From positions 3,497 to 67,496 of the forward strand of contig JBILUI010000001.1 in assembly GCA_044371145.1 (NCBI GenBank): a stretch of 64,000 nucleotides of DNA, in the 5' to 3' direction. The position numbers were made by a program, and so were the translations under genes. Of this stretch, positions 9,320 to 19,151 are shown piece by piece; position 1 is the first letter of the stretch; each line of letters opens with the position of its first letter. The DNA is from Chthoniobacterales bacterium (GTDB lineage Bacteria > Verrucomicrobiota > Verrucomicrobiia > Chthoniobacterales > JACTMZ01). The notes below the pieces were generated by a model, which worked only from the letters and a program-made list of their open reading frames with translations, did not search any database and was not told the DNA's origin.

Positions 9320-10305
9320 AAGAATCTTTCGCGCAACCAACGAAGCGTGCCGGGCGGATCGCAAGAAAAGGCGCCGAAAATTTCCGGAAGCGCGGCGATT
9401 GGGTTTTCGCTGGTCCCAGCCAAGCGCAAATGCCAGCGGAATTGCGTGGAACGAGGTCCGGAGGAGCACTGCGGATAGCGCGCTGTGAATTCGTTTTCGA
9501 GACGCGCTTGCAATTCGTGAAAGGCCCTTCGACGCGCGGCCGGTAATCCGCGACGGAATTCCGCGCACAACGCGGACTCATCGGGAGAAAGACTTCTTCC
9601 CAAAAGAATAGCTGTTTGCCGGCCGGCAGCACGACTGGCTTCCTCCTCGGCCAAGCTGCGACCGGAGCGAGAGAGAGAATCATCCGAACGGCGGTAACTG
9701 ACCAAGCGCGCAGGCAGATTCGCCGTGGGTGAATTGTTCAGAACGCGCACCCAGAGGTCGTAATCCTGCGCGATGCGATAGCTCTCATCGTAACCGCCGT
9801 ATTTCTCCAGCACGGCAGCGCGACGGAAGACAACGGATGTGTGGAGAAACGGATTGAGCAGCATCGACGTCCAAAGGATTCCTGCCTCGCCGCACGGCAC
9901 ATCGAGCAATCCGACCTTTCGCCCCGCTTCGTCGATAAGAACACCCTGCGTGCCGAGGAGAATCACGTCAGGGTGCTTGTCCAAAAATTTCATCTGCGCG
10001 GCAAGGCGCCGGGGATCGCTAAGGTCGTCCGCGTCCTGGCGCGCCACCCAATCGCCGCGGCATTCGCGCAGCCCCTTATTCAAGGAAGCGGTCTGGCCGA
10101 TATTCGTCCCGTTGGTCACCACGCGGATGCGCGGATCTTTGGCCGCCCAATCCGCGAGCACCTGCGGCGTCGCGTCGTCGGATGCGTCGTCAACCACCAC
10201 CATTTCCCAATCGGCAAATGTTTGCCGGGCGATGCTGGCCATGGAGGCGTCGAGGTAAGAGCCACCGTTGCGCACGGCCATGAGAACGCTGATCGGGGGA
10301 GTCAT
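9316..10305 (-). CDS. Glycosyltransferase family 2
   Basis: ISVLMAVRNGGSYL, VVVDDASDDAT and QDADDLS are GT-A/GT2 hallmarks. The ATG at 10305 gives an ATGA overlap with the upstream stop. The ORF-track start 10506 would overlap that gene by ~200 nt. Confidence 0.88.
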   Translation of the reverse strand: MTPPISVLMAVRNGGSYLDASMASIARQTFADWEMVVVDDASDDATPQVLADWAAKDPRIRVVTNGTNIGQTASLNKGLRECRGDWVARQDADDLSDPRRLAAQMKFLDKHPDVILLGTQGVLIDEAGRKVGLLDVPCGEAGILWTSMLLNPFLHTSVVFRRAAVLEKYGGYDESYRIAQDYDLWVRVLNNSPTANLPARLVSYRRSDDSLSRSGRSLAEEEASRAAGRQTAILLGRSLSPDESALCAEFRRGLPAARRRAFHELQARLENEFTARYPQCSSGPRSTQFRWHLRLAGTSENPIAALPEIFGAFSCDPPGTLRWLRERFF

Positions 10306-11423
10306 CGCGACAAAAGCGACCGAAAGATTTCGCGGTGGGCGCCGGTCCACGCGGCGGCTTCGAACTTTCTCTCCGCGCGGGCCCTTGCCGCGATGGAAGC
10401 GGCTTCGATGTTCCCCCAAAGATCCACGACCGCGGCGGCCAGCTGCCCGACCGGCGGCGTGAGCATGCGATCCCAAACGAGAGGCAACGGCAGCAGACGC
10501 GCGCAAGCTGCATCGGTCATTTCGGGAAGTCCTCCCGTTGCCGAGCCCACCACCGGCAAACCGCAGGCCAGAGCCTCAGCGACCACGGTCGGACAAGGAT
10601 CGAGATACTTCGGATGTACGAGGATATCGTGCGCGCGGTAAAGATGCGGCGCTTCTTCCTGATCGAACGCCGGTTGCAAAAGAACCGCATCGGAGACACC
10701 AAGCTCGCGCAAGTAGTCGAGAGTTTCTTCCTTTCCGCGGCGCCACTGCAGCGATCCGGCCACGGTCAGTGTGGCCGGCATGCCTTCGCGGCGAAGAGCG
10801 TGCAGCGTATCGATCGCCGCAAAGACGCGGTCGCGATAAGCATGCGTCCCCATGGCGAGAAGACGCGGGGCTGCGGGCCGCGATGCGCAGCGAGCCGGAT
10901 GAAATTTGGACAGGTCGACAGGATTGAGCAAAACCCGCGACGGTTTTTCGACCGGACCGAGAAAGCGGTTGGCCGACTTGAGGCAAAAATCGCTCTGGTA
11001 AACGATGAAGTCTGTCAAGGCACGCAGTCGCCGCATCGGCGCGTTGTGCCTCTCCGCCTCTCCGCCGGCCCAGCCCGGATAGCCCACGCCGTTCTGGTTC
11101 CAAACCACGGCGATATTTTTGCGCCGGCACTCGGCGACGAGGTCTTCCGCGAAATGCGGCGGCACACTGCTAACCAAGTAAAGAATGTTGAACTTCTCCT
11201 CGTCACAACGGAAAGCGCGTTGCAGGGAAAGAAGTTTGACCGCACCACCGCGCACCAGACGTCCGTCATCGAGAACTCCGCCGAAGCACAGCACCGGCTC
11301 CGTGCCGTCGGCTCTCCGGACGTCGCGGCGTTGCTTCTGCCACCGACGGCGGTCGGGCAAGTCGAGAACGGCGCGGAGAGCGGACTTCAACCGCCACGGA
11401 ACAATATCGGTAAAATTGCTCAT
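10302..11423 (-). CDS. Glycosyltransferase, GT4/GT1-like
   Basis: C-terminal ILVHPKYLDPCPTVVAEALACGLPVVGSATGGLPE. ATGA overlap with the upstream gene at 11420..11423. Confidence 0.85.
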   Translation of the reverse strand: MSNFTDIVPWRLKSALRAVLDLPDRRRWQKQRRDVRRADGTEPVLCFGGVLDDGRLVRGGAVKLLSLQRAFRCDEEKFNILYLVSSVPPHFAEDLVAECRRKNIAVVWNQNGVGYPGWAGGEAERHNAPMRRLRALTDFIVYQSDFCLKSANRFLGPVEKPSRVLLNPVDLSKFHPARCASRPAAPRLLAMGTHAYRDRVFAAIDTLHALRREGMPATLTVAGSLQWRRGKEETLDYLRELGVSDAVLLQPAFDQEEAPHLYRAHDILVHPKYLDPCPTVVAEALACGLPVVGSATGGLPEMTDAACARLLPLPLVWDRMLTPPVGQLAAAVVDLWGNIEAASIAARARAERKFEAAAWTGAHREIFRSLLSR

Positions 11424-13081
11424 CGTTCGATTTTGTAGAGCAGAATTGATGCCCCGACTTCTTCCACCGGTTGTTCCTTGGATAACCAGGCGAATTGGTC
11501 GTAAGCCGGAACACCGGTGCCGAGGAGCAAATTCTGCCTACTAATCGCCACCCATCCTTCGATGCGGGTGTGGGGCGGCAAGTCGATGGTTTCCGGCAAA
11601 GGAAAACGGGCCAAGCTGATTCCTTTGCTGCCATTGTAGCGGATGTTCAAGCGATCGATGTTGCGCCGCTCGCAGGCCATGGCGAGTCGGCGCAAATCCT
11701 GGCCCCAATCGAGATCGCTGTCTGCCGCGACAGCTTCCGGTTTGCTTCCGGCCAAGACGTTGAAGTAAGCGAGATAATCCGGATGCGCGGCGAACGAGGA
11801 TGCTGCGCACGAGGCGATAATGGTGATTGTGGCGACTCTGCCCAAAAGCGGATGGCGCGCGGTTTGCCAGAGCCACGCGGCACCGGCACCGGCAACCACG
11901 GCGAGCAGAGGGTAGACGGAAAGAATCTGCCGCAAGCCGTTGTGCGGGGTGAAAAAAATCCCCGCGAGAACGATCGCGACGGCAGCGAGCAAGGGAGCGA
12001 ACACCGGCCAGCAGCCGCGGACTTGCCACGACGCTACGCAGCCGGCGGCCACGAGCAGCAGAAAAGAAGCCGGCGTTTTCACAGCCAGCAGCACGGGATA
12101 AAACAACCACCATCCTTCCTTGCCTACCGAGCCGAGGAACCAAGCCAGATGACCTTCGTCGCGGCGAAAATAAACCACGTCGAACAATCCCCAGAAAAAA
12201 TCCAAAGCTGGAAGCGGCAGAGCTTGTGCCACGCTGCGCGCCGCCGGCGAGAGCGGTCCCAAACCAGCAAGGACGGACTCCAGTTCCCCGCCCGCGCCGC
12301 CCTGGAGGATCGTTCCAAAAGAAAAGCGGTAAACCGCCCAGACAGAAACAAGGCAAAAGGTCGCGGCAATCAGCAGTGAGAGCAACGCGCCACGGAGAGA
12401 AAGAACGGCAGCGCCTATTTTCGCTCCACGACGCCCGAGAAACCAAGCGAGGCAAACGGCCGCGCCTCCCGCGGCGAGGAACGCGATGGCGGAAAATTTC
12501 GCTGTGATGGCTAGCCCCGCGGATACTCCCAAGACGGCTGCGTTCATCCAGCCAGGCTGCTCGAGCCACCGGAACAAGGCGTAAAGACTGGCGGCGACCA
12601 AGGCCGCGCACGCCATGTCGAGCGAAGCCAGACCGCCATGAGCCAAGACTGGCGGGAGCAAGGTGAAGAGAAAGGTGGCGACAAGCGCCGGCATCTCGCC
12701 GGCGCAGCAACGTGTCCAAGCCGCCACGACGAGGGAAGCGAGAACGAAAAAGGGGAGGACACCGAAGCGGGCCAGAGCGAGATTGCGTTCGTAGAGACCC
12801 CCTTCGTGCAACAACGCATTCCCATCGGTCCAATGATCCGCCGCTCCGGGGATTCCGCGCAACCCGGCAAAATAAGGCCCAGCCGCCATGGCAATGCGGG
12901 CCAGTGGCGGATGGAGACGTTCATGGGTGATGCGGCCGTGCTCCCACCACTGCAAACCCGCGGCAAGATGTGCAGGCTCGTCCCACGTCTGCCAAAAGGC
13001 ATCGTAAGTGGCGATGATACGCACACACCCCAATCCCACGATCGCGCCGAGAACCAACGCATACCAAGTTTGCTTCATCAT
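11420..13081 (-). CDS. GT-C fold membrane glycosyltransferase (GT39/GT83, PMT/ArnT-like)
   Basis: Many hydrophobic segments. The first-loop acidic motif TWDEPAHL followed by HPPL is typical of polyprenyl-phosphate-sugar-dependent GT-C enzymes. The ATG at 13081 gives an ATGA overlap with the upstream stop; ORF-track start 13102 is also possible. Confidence 0.85.
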   Translation of the reverse strand: MMKQTWYALVLGAIVGLGCVRIIATYDAFWQTWDEPAHLAAGLQWWEHGRITHERLHPPLARIAMAAGPYFAGLRGIPGAADHWTDGNALLHEGGLYERNLALARFGVLPFFVLASLVVAAWTRCCAGEMPALVATFLFTLLPPVLAHGGLASLDMACAALVAASLYALFRWLEQPGWMNAAVLGVSAGLAITAKFSAIAFLAAGGAAVCLAWFLGRRGAKIGAAVLSLRGALLSLLIAATFCLVSVWAVYRFSFGTILQGGAGGELESVLAGLGPLSPAARSVAQALPLPALDFFWGLFDVVYFRRDEGHLAWFLGSVGKEGWWLFYPVLLAVKTPASFLLLVAAGCVASWQVRGCWPVFAPLLAAVAIVLAGIFFTPHNGLRQILSVYPLLAVVAGAGAAWLWQTARHPLLGRVATITIIASCAASSFAAHPDYLAYFNVLAGSKPEAVAADSDLDWGQDLRRLAMACERRNIDRLNIRYNGSKGISLARFPLPETIDLPPHTRIEGWVAISRQNLLLGTGVPAYDQFAWLSKEQPVEEVGASILLYKIER

Positions 13082-14751
13082 GCGGCGAGCAGTCCCCGCC
13101 AAAAAGAGAGAGCCGCCTCCAACGAGGGCGGACGCGACATGGCCAGAAAACTCTCCCGTTCCTCAATGGCAATACGCACCGCTTCGTCGCGGGTGCGGCG
13201 CCGTCCGTGGGAAACCCCGCCGTGAAAGACCTGATAGTAATAAGCCGTGCCTGCGGGATAGACCGGCACTTTACCTTCGAGCATTGCTTGCCAGATGCGT
13301 TGCGAGGCGAAGTTGTCGTTTTCGTCGATGATGCACGGTGTATGGCCGGAATTTGTGCCACCCGTGAAAACCAACGGACAAACCACGACAGGACTGCGCG
13401 GGTGCAACCGGCGGAAGTTCACCGCATCCTGCACAGACGAGGCGATGTGAACCGTTTCATCCGATGCATCGCGCACTTCGCCACCCGGCGGGAGCAGCCG
13501 GAAGGACGCGGCGGCGGGATCAGCGTCCGTCGAAACGACAGGCGCGGACCGGTCGGCACGAATCTCGACGCCGAGTTGGTCGAAGACTGTGCGCAGATTG
13601 CCAACCGCAGCATCAAGCGCGGGAGCGCATCCTTGGTGATGAAACAATTGGACGGCTTGCGGCAGGCGGAGCCGGGAAAATCTTTTCGCCACACGGAAAG
13701 AAAAGTCGCGCAGGCTGTCCGCGAAAGCTCGTTTGTGACAGGACGCTTTTGCCCGGAAGGATTCCATCTTCGGGATATCGTCATAGAGAGCCCGCAAGTG
13801 CCGCGACATGGCCTCGTCCGTGTGGTCCCTCCTCACTTTGTCATGCTGCGCGTCGAGCGAGGCGCCCAGAAAACCATTCTGCATGTCGCGGTGGATTTTT
13901 TCGGCGGCTTCGGATGCCGCATCGAAGAGACACGGCGCAGGGAGAATATCACGAGCCACGCCGAGCGGCGTGCTGAGGAGTTTGGTGCGCGCGGCGGCGG
14001 CCTCCATGGCCGACTGCGGCCCGCCCTCCCAGCGCGAGGGAATCAGGCAAAGGTCGCAAGCGTTGTAAAGTTCGTTGAGTTGCGGACGCGCAAGGATATT
14101 GGTCCCGAAATCGTCCCCGGGGATATCACGTCCGACAAAAGTGAAAGGGATGCTGCAGCGCTCCAGTTCCCGCCGTAGCCAGTGGCGCCGCGGGCCGGCC
14201 AGCAAGACATGAAAATTTCCTCCTTTGGCGCGGAGCCGCCGAAGGATGTCCAGCATCATCTCCGGCGACTTCTGGAGTTTGGGTTTGGCCAGGTCGCTGC
14301 CCTCGGAGTCACGGTGGAAATTGCCGATGATGTAGGTGTTTTTTGGGAGCCCGTATTTCGCCCGGACCGCTTCTTTGTCGGCGATCGGAAAAAACAAACT
14401 TCCGTCGATCGCATAGGGAACAAGGACACAAGGAAGTTGTAGATCGCGAAACTGATCCCTCGCCTCAGTCGACCTCGCCACCCACAAATCGACCAGCTTC
14501 TGACCCCAGGCAAAGGATGGTTGGGTCAGATAAAAGAAAGGCGGGTTGTCCGCCTGTGCGACGACGAAACGGCGGCGAACCACGTCCGCATGGTGAAGGG
14601 CAAGCGGCAACCAGAAAGCCGCGTGGACAACATCGCATGATCCAAGGCCCGATGCCCGTGCCTTGCCGGCCAGCGCTCTGCGGATGAGCCGCAGATCTTC
14701 ATCGATGGCCCAACCATGCTGGTCGCCCGCGGTTGTAAAATAGCGGATCAA
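13078..14751 (-). CDS. GT4-like glycosyltransferase with ~220-aa C-terminal extension
   Basis: The first ~330 aa are GT-B-like (LIPSRWEGGPQSAMEAAAARTKLLSTP). The extra C-terminal domain is of unrecognised family. TTG start forms a TTGA overlap at 14748..14751. Confidence 0.7.
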   Translation of the reverse strand: MIRYFTTAGDQHGWAIDEDLRLIRRALAGKARASGLGSCDVVHAAFWLPLALHHADVVRRRFVVAQADNPPFFYLTQPSFAWGQKLVDLWVARSTEARDQFRDLQLPCVLVPYAIDGSLFFPIADKEAVRAKYGLPKNTYIIGNFHRDSEGSDLAKPKLQKSPEMMLDILRRLRAKGGNFHVLLAGPRRHWLRRELERCSIPFTFVGRDIPGDDFGTNILARPQLNELYNACDLCLIPSRWEGGPQSAMEAAAARTKLLSTPLGVARDILPAPCLFDAASEAAEKIHRDMQNGFLGASLDAQHDKVRRDHTDEAMSRHLRALYDDIPKMESFRAKASCHKRAFADSLRDFSFRVAKRFSRLRLPQAVQLFHHQGCAPALDAAVGNLRTVFDQLGVEIRADRSAPVVSTDADPAAASFRLLPPGGEVRDASDETVHIASSVQDAVNFRRLHPRSPVVVCPLVFTGGTNSGHTPCIIDENDNFASQRIWQAMLEGKVPVYPAGTAYYYQVFHGGVSHGRRRTRDEAVRIAIEERESFLAMSRPPSLEAALSFWRGLLAA

Positions 14752-15737
14752 ACGAAAGTTGTCCCGACCGGCACCGAGAGGATGCTCTGGAGCAGACGAC
14801 GGTAAGAAAGAGCCATGAGGTCGCCGGAGGGAGGATCGAGGAGAACCGCTTGCCGAAGTTCCGCGTAGCGTCGCTTCATCTCACCCACCGATGCGGCGAT
14901 GTCGTCGCCGATCTCAACACCGTATCTCCTGCCTGTTTCCACCGTGCCGCCGGTGTCGCGATGGTAGAGGAGCGGCAAGCCGCACTGGATTCCCTCGACC
15001 GGATGCATTGCACCTGGTTCGAAGCGCGAAGCTGAAACGTAACCATGACATTGCCGCAGCAATGACGCCAACTCGCGGCCGCTCACCGGGGCAAAAGTCC
15101 GTGCCGCACGCCAGCGGATGCCGGCCGGCCAGCGGCCGACAATCCACAATTCAACGTCTGGAAGTCGGCCTTCCGCGATCGCTGTGTCTATTGCTTCGTA
15201 GACATCGAAACCCTTGGCCATGTTGTCCGACCAATGATGGGTCACGAGGCGGAATGGCGTGCCCTCGGTCCATGGGATTTGTCCGATGGGGTGAAAAACG
15301 GATGGATCGGCGCCGGGAGAAATAACGGAATGCGGAAGACGCGGGTCGAACCACCCGGCAGCGTGGTGGTCGCGGAGCCACGCGGACACGAACACCGTGT
15401 GGTCCGCCACCTTGTTGCTTTGCTCGAGCAATGCATCCATTCCATCGCTGTTTTTGCGGATGTCGTTGTCATTGATACGATGAATGCACCGGACCTGAGG
15501 ATGGCGCGCTTTGAGTCCACCCACCTCTTTCCAGCCGAACGAGGTATGCGCCGTCATGCCGGTGTGGGTCATGATCACCGCATCCACAGGACGTCGCAGA
15601 TCGAAACGCACTCTCCAGCCGGTGAAGTTGAGGAATTGAGCCAACTGCGAGGCCCATTGGTTTGCGCCGCCCCAAGATCCGCGCCGCGGACGCAAATTGA
15701 GCGCCACCGTGGCCACACTGGGTTTATCGAAGATCAT
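14748..15737 (-). CDS. Glycosyltransferase, GT4-like
   Basis: YVSASRFEPGAMHPVEGIQCGLPLLYHRDTGG. I chose the ATG at 15737 (MIFDKPSVATVALN); the ORF-track start is 15788. Confidence 0.8.
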   Translation of the reverse strand: MIFDKPSVATVALNLRPRRGSWGGANQWASQLAQFLNFTGWRVRFDLRRPVDAVIMTHTGMTAHTSFGWKEVGGLKARHPQVRCIHRINDNDIRKNSDGMDALLEQSNKVADHTVFVSAWLRDHHAAGWFDPRLPHSVISPGADPSVFHPIGQIPWTEGTPFRLVTHHWSDNMAKGFDVYEAIDTAIAEGRLPDVELWIVGRWPAGIRWRAARTFAPVSGRELASLLRQCHGYVSASRFEPGAMHPVEGIQCGLPLLYHRDTGGTVETGRRYGVEIGDDIAASVGEMKRRYAELRQAVLLDPPSGDLMALSYRRLLQSILSVPVGTTFV

Positions 15738-16563
15738 CTTTCGGGAAAAACGGGGCAGTGGAGACGGAGGCCACAGGACCCCGGGCATAACGCTCCCTTT
15801 TGGATTCGGATGCTTCGGGTTGTCCGGTCAACCTGCGCCAAAAACGGCGCGCCCGTGCGGTCCAACCGCCGTAGAAAGTTTCGATGATGCTTTCGCGGCC
15901 GGAACTCATATCCGAGGGGTCGGAACCGCTCCGCGGAAGAAAACACATGTGGAGACAGCGAAGGGGCGAATCATCCCACGCAAACGCCTTGTGCAACTCG
16001 AGCTTCAACTGCTCGTGGTAGCCCTCCCGAAACACCGGCGCTCCACCGTGCAGACGCTCCGGCGTGTCCCCTCCCCATGAATGGAGAGCGGCGAAGTTGT
16101 AGAGCTTCACCATGCTTCGAGCCGGAGGGGAGGCAAAGCCCTCCGCTGTGCCTGCGGCAAGATCAAGACCGCGGCAGTGAATGACACTCCCCAGGATCAT
16201 CCAATGCCCATTGAACTCTCCGGCAAGCAGACGTTGGCGAAACCTGGCAAGGCGTTCCGCATCATAAAGTTCATCGCCGTCCACCGCGAAAATCCAGCAG
16301 TCTTGACCCACGTAGGGCTGAAGCAAGTCGTGAGATTCACGCGGATGTTCGACCGAAAAGAACCGGAATTTATCCGGGGACCGCGCCGCGATGGAGCGGA
16401 GGATTTCCGGCGTGCGATCATCCGAGCAGCGGTCGACGAGAAGCACTTCGTCGCAGAAAACGGCCATGTTGGCCACGGCGCGCTCGACGAAACGCTCTTC
16501 GTTGCGAACGAAGACCATACCGACGATCCGGGGCGTCCCGGCAGCGGTTCGATGCCCGCTCAC
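15724..16563 (-). CDS. GT-A fold (GT2-like) glycosyltransferase
   Basis: IVGMVFVRNEERF, LLVDRCSDDRT and FAVDGDELY motifs. The GTG at 16563 forms a GTGA overlap with the upstream stop and keeps the first beta-strand intact. The first ATG (16518) would truncate that strand. Confidence 0.7.
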   Translation of the reverse strand: MSGHRTAAGTPRIVGMVFVRNEERFVERAVANMAVFCDEVLLVDRCSDDRTPEILRSIAARSPDKFRFFSVEHPRESHDLLQPYVGQDCWIFAVDGDELYDAERLARFRQRLLAGEFNGHWMILGSVIHCRGLDLAAGTAEGFASPPARSMVKLYNFAALHSWGGDTPERLHGGAPVFREGYHEQLKLELHKAFAWDDSPLRCLHMCFLPRSGSDPSDMSSGRESIIETFYGGWTARARRFWRRLTGQPEASESKRERYARGPVASVSTAPFFPKDDLR

Positions 16564-17366
16564 GATTTCAACTTCTTCCCTACCAGCACCCAAATCCAAC
16601 CCCGCTCGCGCTCCACCCTGATCAATTCGCCAAAGCGTTCCATCAGGCGCCGCACCACATCTTCCTCGTGGTCCCACATGATCGACTCCCAAACGCCTGC
16701 ACCCTCATCATCATTGAAAGCAATGTCATAAAGAAGATAGCCTCCGGGCTTCAGGGCCCGGGCATGTTCGCCGATCATGGCGTCGAGATCGAAAGAGTGA
16801 TCGACGCAGTTGGTGTAAATCAGATCGAGCGAACCATCATGGGCAGCCAGCTTCATCATGTCCCCTTGTTCGACCAGCGGGTTGTCCGGTCCGGGATTGA
16901 GGTCGATGCCGCGCGCGTTGCGGAACCCGAGATCGCGCAGAACGTCAACTTCGGTGCCTTGGCGCGCGCCGCAGCAGAGGATCCGGGCCTCCGGAGGCAA
17001 CAAGGCGGGCAGATGGCGGAAGCGCGTGTAGAACTTGAGCCGATAGTCGAAAATGTCGAAATTACTGAACCCACCTTTGATTTTGACGAGTTCTTCCAGC
17101 TTGAGCTTCTGGTGGGTGAGATATTCATCGTAGTCGGCGTAATCTCTTTTCCGCAGTCCCTCTTCGGCCGACGGCTTCCATCCGCCGCCTCCGTGGTGCT
17201 TGTGGCGGACGGGATGCTTGTCGCGTTCGTGGTCGTAGGACGCGTCGCGGCCCGCGCGCAGTTTGCGGATGTAGCCGTAGCCGCCCGGGGTGAGCAGGTG
17301 GGCGAAAGTTTTCGCCCAGAATTTCGGTTGCGGGCGCCGGAGGACAAGATCGCGGAAGTAGGCCAT
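16560..17366 (-). CDS. Class I SAM-dependent methyltransferase
   Basis: Motif I-like ILCCGARQGTEV and the post-I/II region ARALKPGGYLLYDI. Confidence 0.8.
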   Translation of the reverse strand: MAYFRDLVLRRPQPKFWAKTFAHLLTPGGYGYIRKLRAGRDASYDHERDKHPVRHKHHGGGGWKPSAEEGLRKRDYADYDEYLTHQKLKLEELVKIKGGFSNFDIFDYRLKFYTRFRHLPALLPPEARILCCGARQGTEVDVLRDLGFRNARGIDLNPGPDNPLVEQGDMMKLAAHDGSLDLIYTNCVDHSFDLDAMIGEHARALKPGGYLLYDIAFNDDEGAGVWESIMWDHEEDVVRRLMERFGELIRVERERGWIWVLVGKKLKS

Positions 17367-17385
17367 GGATGAGAGACGATGAGTT

Positions 17386-18285
17386 TCAGCTTAGACCAAG
17401 CAGGCGCGATTTCACCTTTGAAAACAGGGCAAGCGGCGCACCCTCGATGTAGAGCAGGTCGTGCTTGAAAGCACCGACGTAATGGCGGCAGACAGCGCCG
17501 GGGCGACGGAAATAGCCCCAATTGATTTCATAACTCGGCGGAAGGGCTCCTCCCCGGTTCCACACCGAACCCATCAGACCGTATAGCGTCTGCTCGAAGA
17601 ACTGCGGGTGGTGGGCGGAATCCTGGAATGTGGCGATGAAGCGTTCGGCCAGATCCAGCGAAACGGCAGCTTTGGGCAGCAGGATGAGACCGCTGTTGAA
17701 GCGGGGCCACATGGTTATACCCATTCCTTTTTCGATGTATCCCCGCGGGATGCAGAATTTTTCCTTGGTATCCTCGTTGTATCGGCACGCCGGAGAATCG
17801 CTGTCGACCCAATCCAACACCTCCGGGGGTCTCTGGAAAAAGATGACATCCGAATCGAGCACGATAAAGCGTTCACCCGGACAGAATGCGGCGAAATCGG
17901 AAAATTTGAGGAAGAGGTTGTGCCGCGACCGCTCGGCCAGGCAGCGCGGATGCCCGGCAAGAAACTCAACCGCTCTCGCATCGCTCTCCTCGCGCGAAAC
18001 GAGCGTCGCATCCGGAAGCACGTTGAGGATTTTGCGACGCGCCGACTCGCCGACCGTGCCGTCCTCATGGATGAAGAAACGCCACCGGCGGCCCGTGTGG
18101 TGCTCGAAACACACGGCGGCAAGCAAACCTGCATCCCAAGTCCGCGTGGAAACAAGCATGTGAACGGTGGGCGTCTGTATTTTCTCACCGGGCCTTCGGT
18201 GAAGAGCCACCGCGGCGGGCGCAGCCAACCGGCGACCGGCAGACGCGCAGGCGCGGCGGATGGTTTGACGGACCGCGGTCAACAT
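17386..18285 (-). CDS. Hypothetical GT-A-like (GT8-like) nucleotide-sugar transferase
   Basis: FIVLDSDVIFF (DxD) and a later NSGLILLP segment resemble GT8-type enzymes. The ATG at 18285 overlaps the upstream stop by 7 nt; the ORF-track start is 18318. Confidence 0.5.
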   Translation of the reverse strand: MLTAVRQTIRRACASAGRRLAAPAAVALHRRPGEKIQTPTVHMLVSTRTWDAGLLAAVCFEHHTGRRWRFFIHEDGTVGESARRKILNVLPDATLVSREESDARAVEFLAGHPRCLAERSRHNLFLKFSDFAAFCPGERFIVLDSDVIFFQRPPEVLDWVDSDSPACRYNEDTKEKFCIPRGYIEKGMGITMWPRFNSGLILLPKAAVSLDLAERFIATFQDSAHHPQFFEQTLYGLMGSVWNRGGALPPSYEINWGYFRRPGAVCRHYVGAFKHDLLYIEGAPLALFSKVKSRLLGLS

Positions 18286-19151
18286 GCCGGACAAAAATTT
18301 TTCCTCACCGCCCCCCACTCCTGCGCCAGTGCGCGGCGGCCGGAAAAGCGGAGAAAATTTTCAAAATCGCGGCTTGGTTTACCGGCCCGCACGGCGCCGC
18401 TCCACAGGATCGGGTAAGGCCCGCGGTAATAGTGGTAGGGCCAGAGGCTCTCGCGATCGAAAGCATCCCGCGCTTTCTGCCCGCGAACAATACGGAGGAG
18501 AAAGCGATAAACATCGTAGGCGGGCAAAAGCGGTTGTCGCCAGAACTCGTCGCGCAAAAGGGAGGTGTGTGCCAAGGCGCCTCCGTGGACACGGTAACTT
18601 CTACACAGCAACTCCGCGCGGACGGGACCATCCGCCACGTCGCGATGCCTTTCGAAGTTCCAAGGCGTGCGGTCAGCCGGAGCAAACTGCCCGATTCTAG
18701 TTTCGAGCAACTCCTCCAGATGATGCACCGACCACAGTGATGGATGCAGAGAGAACTTCCAGCGGAAGCCGGGATCGCATCGCATCAGCGAGGAGTGTCG
18801 TCGGGACAATTTCCGTCCCTCTTTTTCCCGGCGCTGACCCCAGCCGAGGAGACAGATGTTCACCGCATTGAGTTCGTGCGCCAGCGACGGAAGCACCGTG
18901 TTGAGAGCATGGCCGTGACAGGGACCGACCGGCGGGTGGTCGTCGAGGATGAGATAAATCCAACGGAAACCTTGCTTCCGCATGGTTGAGACCCCGTCAC
19001 GGGTGACGGTCATCCAATCGCGTTGGTCTCCCAAACCCCACCGCACGACCCGCGGATGGTCCTGCCACGCGCGGTTGATCAGCGACTCCGTCCATTCGGC
19101 CACCGGACGGTAGCGGTCGCATGTCGAGAGAAGGATGCCGACTTCGTTCAT
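18279..19151 (-). CDS. Hypothetical protein (locus-specific, no family recognised)
   Basis: I trimmed the 451-aa ORF-track entry to the ATG at 19151 (MNEVGILLSTCDRY), which forms an ATGA overlap with the acyltransferase stop. The upstream 160 codons lie inside that better-supported gene and are Arg/Pro-rich. Confidence 0.5.
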   Translation of the reverse strand: MNEVGILLSTCDRYRPVAEWTESLINRAWQDHPRVVRWGLGDQRDWMTVTRDGVSTMRKQGFRWIYLILDDHPPVGPCHGHALNTVLPSLAHELNAVNICLLGWGQRREKEGRKLSRRHSSLMRCDPGFRWKFSLHPSLWSVHHLEELLETRIGQFAPADRTPWNFERHRDVADGPVRAELLCRSYRVHGGALAHTSLLRDEFWRQPLLPAYDVYRFLLRIVRGQKARDAFDRESLWPYHYYRGPYPILWSGAVRAGKPSRDFENFLRFSGRRALAQEWGAVRKNFCPAC